A stretch of DNA of 64,000 nucleotides, taken from positions 3,224,001 to 3,288,000 of the forward strand of contig CM082590.2 of the NCBI GenBank assembly GCA_040954595.2, given 5' to 3'. The stretch is from Balanoglossus misakiensis (taxonomy: Eukaryota; Animalia; Hemichordata). The notes under the pieces were generated by a model. It was given only the letters and a program-made list of their open reading frames with translations. It was not told the origin of the DNA and did not search any database. Below, in pieces: positions 1-12,100 of the stretch (position 1 is the stretch's first letter; the number at the start of each line of letters is the position of its first letter). The position numbers and the translations under genes were made by a program.

Positions 1-1154
1 AAATTTCCATGGTTGCTTCCAAACAGCCTCGTTTATTTACCGATTTCTGTTGTGAGGCGCAGAACACATGATAGGCCTATGCGCATGAGACATTTTTCCA
101 CTAGACTCTGTAGATCGACGGATAGTTGTAAAATTTCATGGTTGCTTCCAAATACAGCCTCGTTTATTTAGCGATTTCTGTTGTGATGCGCATAACACAT
201 AGATAGGCCTATGCGCATAGGAACGTTTTCCACTAGACTTTGTAGATCGACGGATAGTTGTACAATGTCCATGGTTGCTTCCAAACAGCCTCGTTTATTT
301 ACCGAATTCTGTTGTGAGGCGCAGAACACGTAATAGGTCTATGCGCATAAGGAAGTTTTCCACCAGACTCTGTAGATCGACGGATAGTTGTAAAATTTCA
401 TGGTTGCTTCCAAATACAGCCTCGTTTATTTACCGATTTCTGTTGTGATGCGCATAACACATAGATAGGCCTATGCGCATAAGAACGTTTTCCACTAGAC
501 TCTGTAGATCGACGGATAGTTGTACAATTTCCATGGTTGCTTCCAAACAGCCTCGTTTATTTACCGATTTCTGTTGTGAGGCACAGAACACATGATAGGC
601 CTATGCGCATAAGACATTTTTCCACTAGACTCTGTAGATCGACGGATAGTTCTAAAATTTCCATGGTTGCTTCCAAACAGCCTCGTTTATTTACCGAATT
701 CTGTTGTGAGGCGCAGAGCACGTAATAGGCCTATGCGCATAAGAAAGTTTTCCACCAGACTCTGTAGATCGACGGATAGTTGTAAAATTTCCATGGTTGC
801 TTCCAAACAGCCTCGTTTATTTACCGATTTCTGTTGTGATGCGCAGAACACATAGATAGGCATATGTGCATAATAAAGTTTTCCACTAGACTCTGTAGAT
901 CGAGAGATAGTTCTAAAATTTCCATGGTTGCTTCCAAACACAGCCTCGTTTGTTTACAAAATTCTGTTGTGATGCGCAGAACACATATATAGGCCTATGC
1001 GCATAATAACGTTTTCCACTAGACTCTGTAGATCGACGGATAGTTGTAAAATTTCTATGGTTTCTTCCAAACAGCCTCGTTTATTTACCGAATTCTGTTG
1101 TGAGGCGCAGAACACATAGATAGGCATATGTGCATAAGAAAGTTTTCCACTATA
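1..1154. repeat. ~131-bp satellite DNA, left segment of the array
   Basis: Tandem monomers AAATTTCCATGGTTGCTTCCAAACAGCCTCG...TAGGCCTATGCGCATA...GACTCTGTAGATCGACGGATAG. This segment is nearly identical to 22539-23692 (offset 22538). Confidence 0.97.
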
Positions 1155-1188
1155 AACAGCACGAAAACAATTTCCCAATAACCGAAAA
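1155..1188 (+). repeat. Left terminal inverted repeat of the 21-kb transposon
   Basis: AACAGCACGAAAACAATTTCCCAATAACCGAAAA is the reverse complement of 22076-22109 with 2 mismatches. Confidence 0.93.
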
Positions 1189-1719
1189 CCAAAAATTTCA
1201 GGAAATTTCATTGAAATAAAGTTAAAATAGCAGTTAAATTATGAAGATGTATAGTTTTTACTTAGTAATCTTTTCTTTAGTTGCCTTTGCATATTCCATC
1301 GCCGATATTTTAAAGGAAAAATCTACTTTCATGTATTTATAAAGAAAACGAGTATGGTGAAAAAAAACACATTGATCATTGGTGCATAGACTGTCTATGA
1401 TTGGTGGGAACATTTTCACAAATTATTATTGAAAAACTTATTACTAACTTGTAGAAAATAAAAAATAAAAAAATTCATAGAAATAGTGATATCTATAGTC
1501 CACCATAGAAAAATTAACAATGAAAAAATCACGATGTGACATTCGAGGTTTTCAAACCAATAATTTTGTGTTTATTCTTACACATAAGGAGTTTTATACA
1601 GATAAGCCCATTATTCTTGCATAAAAAGCACTGATAAAAATTACAAAGTTGATTTACAGATATTTTCACAAAAAAATTATGTTTATGCTCATTAAAATTA
1701 AGATCTCATACAAGTTAAG

Positions 1720-2598
1720 AAAGTTCTTGCAAGGGACACACCCACCGATGTCAACACCCAACGATGTCAGAAATTTCTTGCAAGGGTCACACCCACAGAT
1801 GTCAGAAATTTCTTGCAAGGGACACACCCACCGATGTCAACACCCAACGATGTCAGAAATTTCTTGCAAGGGTCACACCCACCGATGTCAGAAATTTCTT
1901 GCAAGGGACACACCCACCGATGTCAGAAATTTCTTGCAAGGGACACACCCACCGATGTCAGAAATTTCTTGCAAGGGACACACCCACCGATGTCAGAAAT
2001 TTCTTGCAAGGGTCACACCCACCGATGTCAGAAATTTCTTGCAAGGGACACGCCCACCGATGTCAGAAATTTCTTGCAAGGGTCACGCCCACCGATGTCA
2101 ACACCTAACGATGTCAGAAATTTCTTGCAAGGGTCACACCCACCGATGTCAGAAATTTCTTGCAAGGGTCACGCCCACCGATGTCAGAAATTTCTTGCAA
2201 GGGTCACGCCCACCGATGTCAACACCCAACGATGTCAGAAATTTCTTGCAAGGGTCACACCCACCGATGTCAGAAATTTCTTGCAAGGGACACACCCACT
2301 GATGTCAACACCCAACGATGTCAGAAATTTCTTGCAAGGGTCACACCCACCGATGTCAGAAATTTCTTGCAAGGGACACACCCACCGATGTCAGAAATTT
2401 CTTGCAAGGGTCACACCCACAGATGTCAGAAATTTCTTGCAAGGGACACGCCCACCGATGTCAGAAATTTCTTGCAAGGGTCACGCCCACAGATGTCAGA
2501 AATTTCTTGCAAGGGACACACCCACCGATGTCAGAAATTTCTTGCAAGGGACACACCCACAGATGTCAGAAATTTCTTGCAAGGGACACACCCACAGA
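1720..2598 (+). repeat. Left subterminal 35-bp minisatellite (~23 units plus 16-bp partial units)
   Basis: Unit GATGTCAGAAATTTCTTGCAAGGG(A/T)CAC(A/G)CCCACC, with interspersed GATGTCAACACCCAAC short units. It explains the repetitive ORFs in all three + frames. Confidence 0.95.
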
Positions 2599-2826
2599 CA
2601 AAAATTGCAAAAATTATAAAAATGCACATTTTGCAACAATTTGAACAAAACCATGGTAACTCAGACCAACTTAAGAAATCAGCTTTTCACTTTCAGAAAT
2701 CAAGATTTGTTCAAAATATGTGGAAAAAGACAGAGAAAATGCATAAAAACAGAAAATTCATAATATTAGCTCAAACATACAGGACTGTATTAGGTGTACT
2801 GTATGAGCATCTTATGAAAACCCTTA

Positions 2827-5800
2827 TCAATCAAACTCCAGATCTTCTGCATCTGTTAGTCCAAGAAGAGATTGACATCTCACTTTGCAGTGAGAGATAC
2901 ATCTTTCATTGGTGTCTATTCCCACCACGTTGACATCATTTGTCAGCCCAGCAATTACAGCAGTGCCTGAAAAAATGCAATATATTTGTAAATGTTAATA
3001 CAGTCATTGCAAAAAATTGGGTCTTTGCATCACAGTATATATAATACAAAACAATGTCTCTACCTGTCACCTCTTTTCCATCAGTTGATATAATTTTACG
3101 TATATTACTGGAAAGAATACCAGCAGTACTATGGGTTCATTGACAGAAAAATAGTGTGCTAGCCTTATGGGATGACTGCATGTAAACTTTCAAAACAGAG
3201 AGAGACAATAATGATTATTGGCCTAACAGCCCTTCCACTCCACTCATGTTACGCAAAACGAGCACCAAAGGTAAACTTGCACAACCAGTCAAAATTTTTA
3301 CATCTGCAGGTTACTTTATTTTTCAAAAATGACTATGAGTGTTTTCCCCAGCAATCCCTGATAAATTATTGACTTATTTGCATAACGATGCAATTCATTG
3401 TTGTGTAAAATAAACATTGTTTTTTATGTTTTCCACAAATGAAAGGGGGTATTGGCCAACACTCATTAATATGAGAGAACACTGTGATGTCCATTCATCA
3501 GTAACCCCGTTTTGACTACAGTTGGCTAGATTGTGAGTGATGTAAATGTTCTGTATCTCACCTGCACCACATATACCATCCAGCATCCATGATCCTGGCG
3601 ATGCAAAGTCTTTAATGAGATACTCAAACAGGTTAAGCGGCTTTTGCCTTGAGCAAATTACAGCACCCTCCCCATCCTTCTCCAGAACATCCTGCTTCAC
3701 ACTCCAAAAATTATGCCTGCCAGCACAGGAGACTTGATCTTCTGTTATCTGTGCAGAAGTTGATGCATACGCAACAACCAATCCCTTGACGGAACGTGTC
3801 AAGGTCACCTTTGTCTCTGAAAGAAATATGAAAGACAAAATCAAATAATATTGCTGCTTATAATATTTTAATATGGACTTAATATAGTTAAATGGTAGGT
3901 GCAAGTGATAAGAGTGGTCTGATGTCAAAGGTCATAATTTTATATAAATATACCAGCTAGGTACTAAATATGTATACAAACCTCTTTTTGTGTTTTCCAC
4001 ATAGTAGAATCCATCTTCAACTCTCTTGAAACAGTGTGTGGCTTTCAGTTCTTGCTTGATTTTCACCAGGCTGTCAACTTCACAAAGCAGAATGACCCTG
4101 TAACTGCTGGTATTCGTATTTAGATTTTTCATGACAACTACAAATTCCCTAATATCATCCATTGACCAGTCCTGAAACACAATGTAAAATATTTGTAAAA
4201 AATGTTACTGCCAATCTCAGAAGGTGTAATTGGGTGAGATTATGGAATTAAATGACACCCTGTAATAAATCATTGCCCTGAAATCATTGCACTGGAAGGA
4301 ATTTATATAGCTATACGCCCCGTAGATGACTCTGATCACACTGTCTTTTTTAAACTCTATATCAAATGATAAAACAATACTATAGTTCGCAACCCCTTTG
4401 TTTGTAATCACCCCCTATAAATAATGGTGCAGTCCTACAAGGAGTGTAATATGAGACTCAACATGATCTCACCAATTACTTCAGATTTATGAGATTTACC
4501 AGTGAATATCCCAATATGTCTGCACGGAAAAACGTAGCTAATGTCTTCATTCTCACTTAACACTTAATTTTAAATCTGAGAAATGTTTGGTCTAAAAAAT
4601 ATGCTTTTTCCAATGCCTTAGCAATATTATAACCTTGCAATAAAAAATGAAATAACTCACACTGGGAACATCAACAACAGCCAGGTCGAAGCCATCACAG
4701 TTCACCCCATTTTCCTTGAGAATAGTCTGGTTCAACTTCAGTACATCTGCCTGAAAGATTATTCCTCGGTTCCCTCCATTACCAGGGTAAACGTCTGCTG
4801 GTCTGGCATTAAGGCCCTCAGCTTTCTCCCTCTGTACTCTTCGACAATACTGCACAAAGGTCTCTGGTATGGTCAGTCCATTGAATTTTAGGTTTGTAAA
4901 TCTTAGAAGTCGTTCCCGTGTTGTTTCATGAGGATATGTCTTTACTGCCTCTTCCCAATCGCACACTCCTGTCTCGTGAATGAACGCACGTTGAACACGT
5001 CTGAGTTTCGAAAGGACAGCGCTTTCCTGAGTGAACTGTTCAAGGGATAAATTGTGGTCTATAGCATCTTGAAGAAGGGACTGGATTGTCTTGACATCCA
5101 AAACTTTGAAATGCTTGAACTTGTAAGGTTTGAAGTCCGGTCTTGAAATCCTGTCTGATGATTTCAGCTTCTGGTCTTTGAGACCTCCATCTTCAAACAT
5201 CTCCAGGAACTGCCTGATTAATGAATATGTTGGATCATCATACGAAGCCAACATGCATGCTATGTCAACTGTCTGGTTGACTTTTTCCTACAGAAGACAA
5301 AAATATGACATGCCAATTATTTTGCAAAGCCAGCAAACTGGACTTTTCGGGGAAGCATTAATATTAATCAACCAGTTACTGTGAAAATAATTTCATGTAA
5401 CTTAACTATGGTGTATTACAATAATGTAAGTCTGAAGTGCAGTGAGAAATATAGAAGACAGGCAAGTACTAAAAATTACTATTATTTGGAACTTAACAGT
5501 GTCTCACAAACTTTGATTTATTTATGCATGTAATGTTGTATTTTATTTAAATATCAAACAGGGGGAGATGAAAAAAATATGTTGGGAAAATAAGTTCTGC
5601 CATATCTTAATACCGACATTCTTTAAAAGACACCACATTGAATTTCCACATTGACGAAAACAACTTACCTCATTGAGAATAATTCTACATGAATTCTTAA
5701 ACTCACTGGGCTGTATATCCTCCGGCATTTCACTCCGACTTGCTCGGCAGATTGCAACCTACCAAACAAACAAACCACTTGGTTTAGCATCTGTGAGAAA

Positions 5801-8800
5801 CCCTGAATACATTGGTTTATGGGCCCTGAATGCAGAATGTCATTTGCCCTATGCTGGAGGGCAAATGGCTTTTATTTAACAAGTTAATAGCCTTTACTTG
5901 ATGCATATTTCATATTAACAAAAAGAATCTTATTTCACATTTATAGCAAACAGATGAAGCTGTTTCTGTGATTGTTCCCTTTTAAGATGATTTTGCAATT
6001 TGCACTGATTTACACAACCTATTTATATGGTTACAAATACATGTATACTAATTAGTTCTCATTGAATGACCTGATAGAATATTAAAATACTAATATGGTC
6101 AACACCAGCTACATTCAAAAGTTTATTGGAATGAAATTACCTTGTCTCTGAATGTCATTGCATGACGGAATTCACCAGTTTTGTTGTGGCGAACACCTAA
6201 CCACTTCTTATCTTCATCTTGAAGTCCCACATACACTACACAGTTTAAAGTCTTGAATCGGTGATCACTTTGATGACGCTTTGCAAGTTCTCTTGTGGCA
6301 AGTAGGGTGTGTTGGCCACCAATGACATCATAGGCATAACCATTGACCTGAAAAGAAATACACTGCACTATTCAGTATTGGCAACACCAATGTGCAATCC
6401 CGCGCAGAACCAGACACCATTTTTAATAGTTTATGGACTGAAGCAGGGCTTGGGTAGAGACTATCTGATGCCAGGAACACACAGACATGTACACAGAAGT
6501 AATTGTTACTCTACTCTACTCCAATTCAAATCTGAAACATTCTGCTGTTAATTGTTGATAGGAACCCGGCTTTTGAAAGAAACCTTTCATCTTTTGCTGT
6601 ATTTATTGTGTACAGCATTAAACGTGAGAAAAATATAATGTAAAGTTGTGAACGACAGGTGACAGCCCATACAACACACCAAAACAAGGAAAACTTGGGT
6701 GAGCTGGAGGGTTGTCAACATCAAGAACATGTGCAGCAGAATTCAGCAAACTTAACTATCAGCCACGGTGAGAACACATGAATCAACGAAAAACATGACA
6801 TTAGATAAGTAAAATATTATTACACCATTCCAAAATGATAACTGGTCTCTCATGTGATATTTGATAACAGCCATACTCAGTATCTGTCTTTGCTACATAA
6901 GACGGGAATGTGACAATTTAAATATGCTTGCCTTTGTTCCATCAAACTGGGAGGTGTCTAGTAAATCCCTCACAGACAAACACAATGGCTGGTATGCTTC
7001 ATCTCTGTAATCCTCCATAGACTTGATTAGCTGCTTAAGAAATTGATCATCACTTTCACGGATTTGCTGGTCCCCTCCTTCTAATGCTCTTACACTTATG
7101 GTAAAATGTCCTGAAAGTGAACAGCAGTGTAAATAATTACATACATAACTCTCTCTCTCTCTAGAAATGTCAATATTTGATGCATATATTTCAAATATCA
7201 TCTGTCATAAGAATTACATAAGGTTATCAACTTGTTTGCTTTGCTATTCAAAATTGTTGAGATCCATGAAATTGTGAAAATTGACAGTAGTGACACAAAG
7301 AAATGTTTAATGGACATGAACTGCCAACAGGATTCACAGAAACAGTCCTTGGACCGTCTCCCATATATCCATGTAAGAACTAACAACCTTACCACAAAAT
7401 GCCTGATGTACACGGGTCTGAACATCACTTTTAAGTTCCTCTACATACTGCCTTTTCAACGTAACAGCACTAACTGAATCAGTCGCTTGGGTCAATTTCC
7501 GCTTCTTAGGACGTACCCTATAGGGAAGAAAAATGAGGATTTTTTTTAAATTGATTTTTTCACTGATTTCATGGTTGTGTTCATAACATTGAAAGCAGAA
7601 CCATTTGTAAATGAATTTTAAATGACACAAAATGACAATATCTACTTTTTTACGCACCCACATAAAAACAAGAGAAGACATAATAAATTTAGTACAAAAG
7701 CTATCAAAGTAATGGAGATTCTAAAGGAAATGAACCTCAGTACAATATAGAACAGGCTTGGGAAACAGTCATTACATGGTTCAAACACAGCCTTCAAAGC
7801 AAAAATAGTGATTCCCAGAAATTATAAAATTTGCAAAGTAAGGTCACTATAAGGTATAGAAATGTCAATATTGATGGATATATTACAAATTAAATCAGCC
7901 ATGCACTTCCTATTTGTCGTTAAACATACAAAGTTGATCCTGTGTTTATGTCCTCTCACAGTGGCACAATGCATAAAAAAAAACTTACATTCTACCCGAA
8001 GCTGGACGGCCACTACTGGGGCGTGCATGTGGGCTGTCAAGTGAACTAGTAGATCTGCCACTACAGTTTGGAGAACTTGTGTTGAAAATGATTTCACCAT
8101 CATGATCTTCTTGATCCTCCTCGTCATCGGTACCCCCTATAGACATTGGACTATCATTAAATTGAGCTCGCCAGTCAGTAAAGACAGCTACCATTTCTCC
8201 TGGGGTGCTTGCCTCCTTGAACTTTCTGCTGAACGTGGACCGATTCCATTCAAAGTATTTCCTCTCCAACACAAAAACAAAATTCTGTCCAGATGACTGC
8301 AGAAATTCAAACTGTAATGTAAAAGTATTTTAGAAGAAATTAAAACGGTAATAATGCACGCGGTTATCAACATCACACCGGCTGCACGTAGCTCGACGGT
8401 TTATGCGCTTGTGAAGTTGTAGCAGATGACAACTGTTTACATAGACGCAGGCTGAAGTGTCGACTCGCGGCACGGTGCCAATTTGGACCGATGATAACAG
8501 GAGCGATCATCCGCACTTCAGACCATCCAACCCACAGCACAGGCCGCACCATGGTTGAGAGCGCTAGCTCTCAACTACGGTGCGACATGTAGGTCGTACG
8601 GGAAGCGTTAAAATTAGATTCACCGTGAAACACTTGTCGTCACTACATAGGCAGAATTGCTTGTACGTTTGTCTAAAAAAATAAACAGCGGTTATTTGAC
8701 AACGCGATCATAATGTATATGTTGTTGTTTGGTCAGTGCGGGCACTGCATGTGCATAGACTTAGCCGTGCGTACAGGTCTGTATGTTCCCGGCGTTACAC

Positions 8801-9126
8801 CATGTAACACCGGGAACATACATACCTGTACGCACGGCTAGCATAGACTGTACATCATGTACTGCAATGTTATGGCAGCAATTTCACGAATTAATCATCA
8901 TACACAGCGCACAAGGTGCTCCTTGGTTTAAAACTGCTGACAGTGACAGCGACCAAAGTCTTACCTTTAACGCGTCCGGCTTGTCTTTAAAAACAGACAT
9001 CGAAATAACCTCTTCAAACTCCACCCCAGTCTTCTTGTTTCGCATCCTAAATTTCTTGCCATTTTCGATAGAATACAAGTACGCTGCGTTGCTGGACTCT
9101 TCCAACCACCACTTCTTTCGCCCCAT
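2827..9126 (-). CDS. ParB/Srx-like domain fused to a beta-class N6A/N4C DNA methyltransferase-like domain; 10 exons, ~760 aa
   Basis: Phase-consistent exons 9126-8965, 8296-7989, 7517-7393, 7110-6932 (GC donor), 6347-6141, 5758-5669, 5287-4661, 4171-3982, 3816-3562, 2966-2827, with no internal stops. ParB-like motif: IRESDDQFLKQLIKSM...QPLCL...YDVIGGQHTLLA. MTase motifs: FDLAVVDVPS (motif IV position), then QKPLNLFEYLIKDFASPGSWMLDGICGAGTAVIAG...VVGIDTN (motifs X-I-II). Confidence 0.8.
8762..8840. mobile_element. 79-bp hairpin MITE with 9-bp TSD in intron 1 of the ParB-MTase gene
   Basis: Near-perfect palindrome TAGCCGTGCGTACAGG...CCTGTACGCACGGCTA (38-bp arms, 2 mismatches). Flanked by GCATAGACT at 8753-8761 and 8841-8849. 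Confidence 0.8.
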
Positions 9127-9179
9127 GTCGAATATGCAGACTGTGGCACACTAACTTGTGTTCGCAGTAAACATGGTAT

Positions 9180-12100
9180 ATATACACTTGGGAAACCCAT
9201 GATTCGACGAAACCCTAAAGTTGGTGTCAGACACGCTTGATTCGGTGGGCCGTTGACGGCCGTCTTGTCGCGTGGTGTTGGTCAAGCTACACCTGGCGAG
9301 TTTCCTGCATTTTTCTCGTCAACAATGCACATGCACGATGTCCCACCAGAAAAGTGCGAATCGTCCTGCTAATCGCCCTGCTGTTGAACTTCCTGTCATG
9401 TCACTGGTTAAAGTTCATGACGTTCGACCAACGCACGCGCGCACACAACAAAAGTTGATTTTAAGACAAAACTTTTGCTCCCAAACAGAGAAAAACATTA
9501 TTAACATTTAATTGCCGTACAAGAGAAACATATTCTGACTAACAGTAGCCTAGACTTGCTCCAAGTCTATGGGCTTCATTATGTGTAGGGAACGCGACGC
9601 TACCCGAAACCACAAGCTCAGTCGCAAATTCGAAACTCACCTCACTATTAAAAACACGCTCAAGGCAAGCATTCACGCAAAAAGTATTGCATTTATTTAT
9701 TAAGACAAAAAAAACACCGAAAATATTGAGTATTGATATTTAAAAATTACCAAGCGACTAGTGGGCTAGTCTAACAGTAGCCCTACGTACAGGTCTGTGC
9801 GTTCGCGGCGTTTCCAGGCCGTGTAACGCCACGAACACACAGGCTTACCCCTGCATGTACGTACGTAGGGCTAACTTCACAGAAGCTGTAATGTGATGGG
9901 CACGTCATTTATTAACGGAGCAGTTTTATTTCAAAAGAATACACGTCCCATTTTCGATACACAGATAAAGAATTATTCTGTAACTAACTCAGATTTACAA
10001 AATGGGGGGATTTAAATAGCCGAGGCTATTGACAGGCGCCTGTCACGGCACTCCAATTCAAAAACCATACAAACTCGTGTTCGGTGTATAGGCCTATCTA
10101 CACTTGGAAAACCTTTGACTCACAAGTTGGTGTACTCATACAAGCTTGTTTAGGGGATATTTGACTGCTGTCTTGTCGCGTAGTTTGGTCAAGCTACACC
10201 TGGCGAGTTTCCTGCATTTTTCTCGTCAACAATGCACATGCACGATGTCCCACCAGAAAAGTGCGAATCGTCCTGCTAATCGCCCTGCTGTTGAACTTCC
10301 TGTCATGTCACTGGTTAAAGTTCATGACGTTCGACCAACGCACGCGCGCACACAACAAAAGTTGATTTTAAGACAAAACTTTTGCTCCCAAACAGAGAAA
10401 AACATTATTAACATTTAATTGCCGTACAAGAGAAACATATTCTGACTAACAGTAGCCTAGACTTGCTCCAAGTCTATGGGCTTCATTATGTGTAGGGAAC
10501 GCGACGCTACCCGAAACCACAAGCTCAGTCGCAAATTCGAAACTCACCTCACTATTAAAAACACGCTCAAGGCAAGCATTCACGCAAAAAGTATTGCATT
10601 TATTTATTAAGACAAAAAAACCACCGAAAATATTGAGTATTGATATTTAAAAATTACCAAGCGACTAGTGGGCTAGTCTAACAGTAGCCCTACGTACAGG
10701 TCTGTGCGTTCGCGGCGTTTCCAGGCCGTGTAACGCCACGAACACACAGGCTTACCCCTGCATGTACGTACGTAGGGCTAACTTCACAGAAGCTGTAATG
10801 TGATGGGCACGTCATTTATTAACGGAGCAGTTTTATTTCAAAAGAATACACGTCCCATTTTCGATACACAGATAAAGAATTATTCTGTAACTAACTCAGA
10901 TTTACAAAATGGGGGGATTTAAATAGCCGAGGCTATTGACAGGCGCCTGTCACGGCACTCCAATTCAAAAACCATACAAACTCGTGTTCGGTGTATAGGC
11001 CTATCTACACTTGGAAAACCTTTGACTCACAAGTTGGTGTACTCATACAAGCTTGTTTGGGGATATTTGACTGCTGTCTTGTCGCGTAGTTTGGTCAAGC
11101 TACACCTGGCGAGTTTCCTGCATTTTTCTCGTCAACAATGCACATGCACGATGTCCCACCAGAAAAGTGCGAATCGTCCTGCTAATCGCCCTGCTGTTGA
11201 ACTTCCTGTCATGTCACTGGTTAAAGTTCATGACGTTCGACCAACGCACGCGCGCACACAACAAAAGTTGATTTTAAGACAAAACTTTTGCTCCCAAACA
11301 GAGAAAAACATTATTAACATTTAATTGCCGTACAAGAGAAACATATTCTGACTAACAGTAGCCTAGACTTGCTCCAAGTCTATGGGCTTCATTATGTGTA
11401 GGGAACGCGACGCTACCCGAAACCACAAGCTCAGTCGCAAATTCGAAACTCACCTCACTATTAAAAACACGCTCAAGGCAAGCATTCACGCAAAAAGTAT
11501 TGCATTTATTTATTAAGACAAAAAAAACACCGAAAATATTGAGTATTGATATTTAAAAATTACCAAGCGACTAGTGGGCTAGTCTAACAGTAGCCCTACG
11601 TACAGGTCTGTGCGTTCGCGGCGTTTCCAGGCCGTGTAACGCCACGAACACACAGGCTTACCCCTGCATGTACGTACGTAGGGCTAACTTCACAGAAGCT
11701 GTAATGTGATGGGCACGTCATTTATTAACGGAGCAGTTTTATTTCAAAAGAATACACGTCCCATTTTCGATACACAGATAAAGAATTATTCTGTAACTAA
11801 CTCAGATTTACAAAATGGGGGGATTTAAATAGCCGAGGCTATTGACAGGCGCCTGTCACGGCACTCCAATTCAAAAACCATACAAACTCGTGTTCGGTGT
11901 ATAGGCCTATCTACACTTGGAAAACCTTTGACTCACAAGTTGGTGTACTCATACAAGCTTGTTTGGGGATATTTGACTGCTGTCTTGTCGCGTAGTTTGG
12001 TCAAGCTACACCTGGCGAGTTTCCTGCATTTTTCTCGTCAACAATGCACATGCACGATGTCCCACCAGAAAAGTGCGAATCGTCCTGCTAATCGCCCTGC

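Noticed and set aside
1720-2598. 35-bp palindromic repeats as a CRISPR array
   Set aside because: Units are directly adjacent with no unique spacers, there are no cas genes, and the context is eukaryotic.
1649-2933. Long repetitive ORFs (also 21129-21830)
   Set aside because: They are by-products of a stop-free 35-bp minisatellite and are open in several frames.
2827-9126. Bacterial or phage contamination as the source of the ParB-MTase
   Set aside because: The gene has nine phase-consistent spliceosomal introns and lies in an element cleanly inserted into the host satellite.
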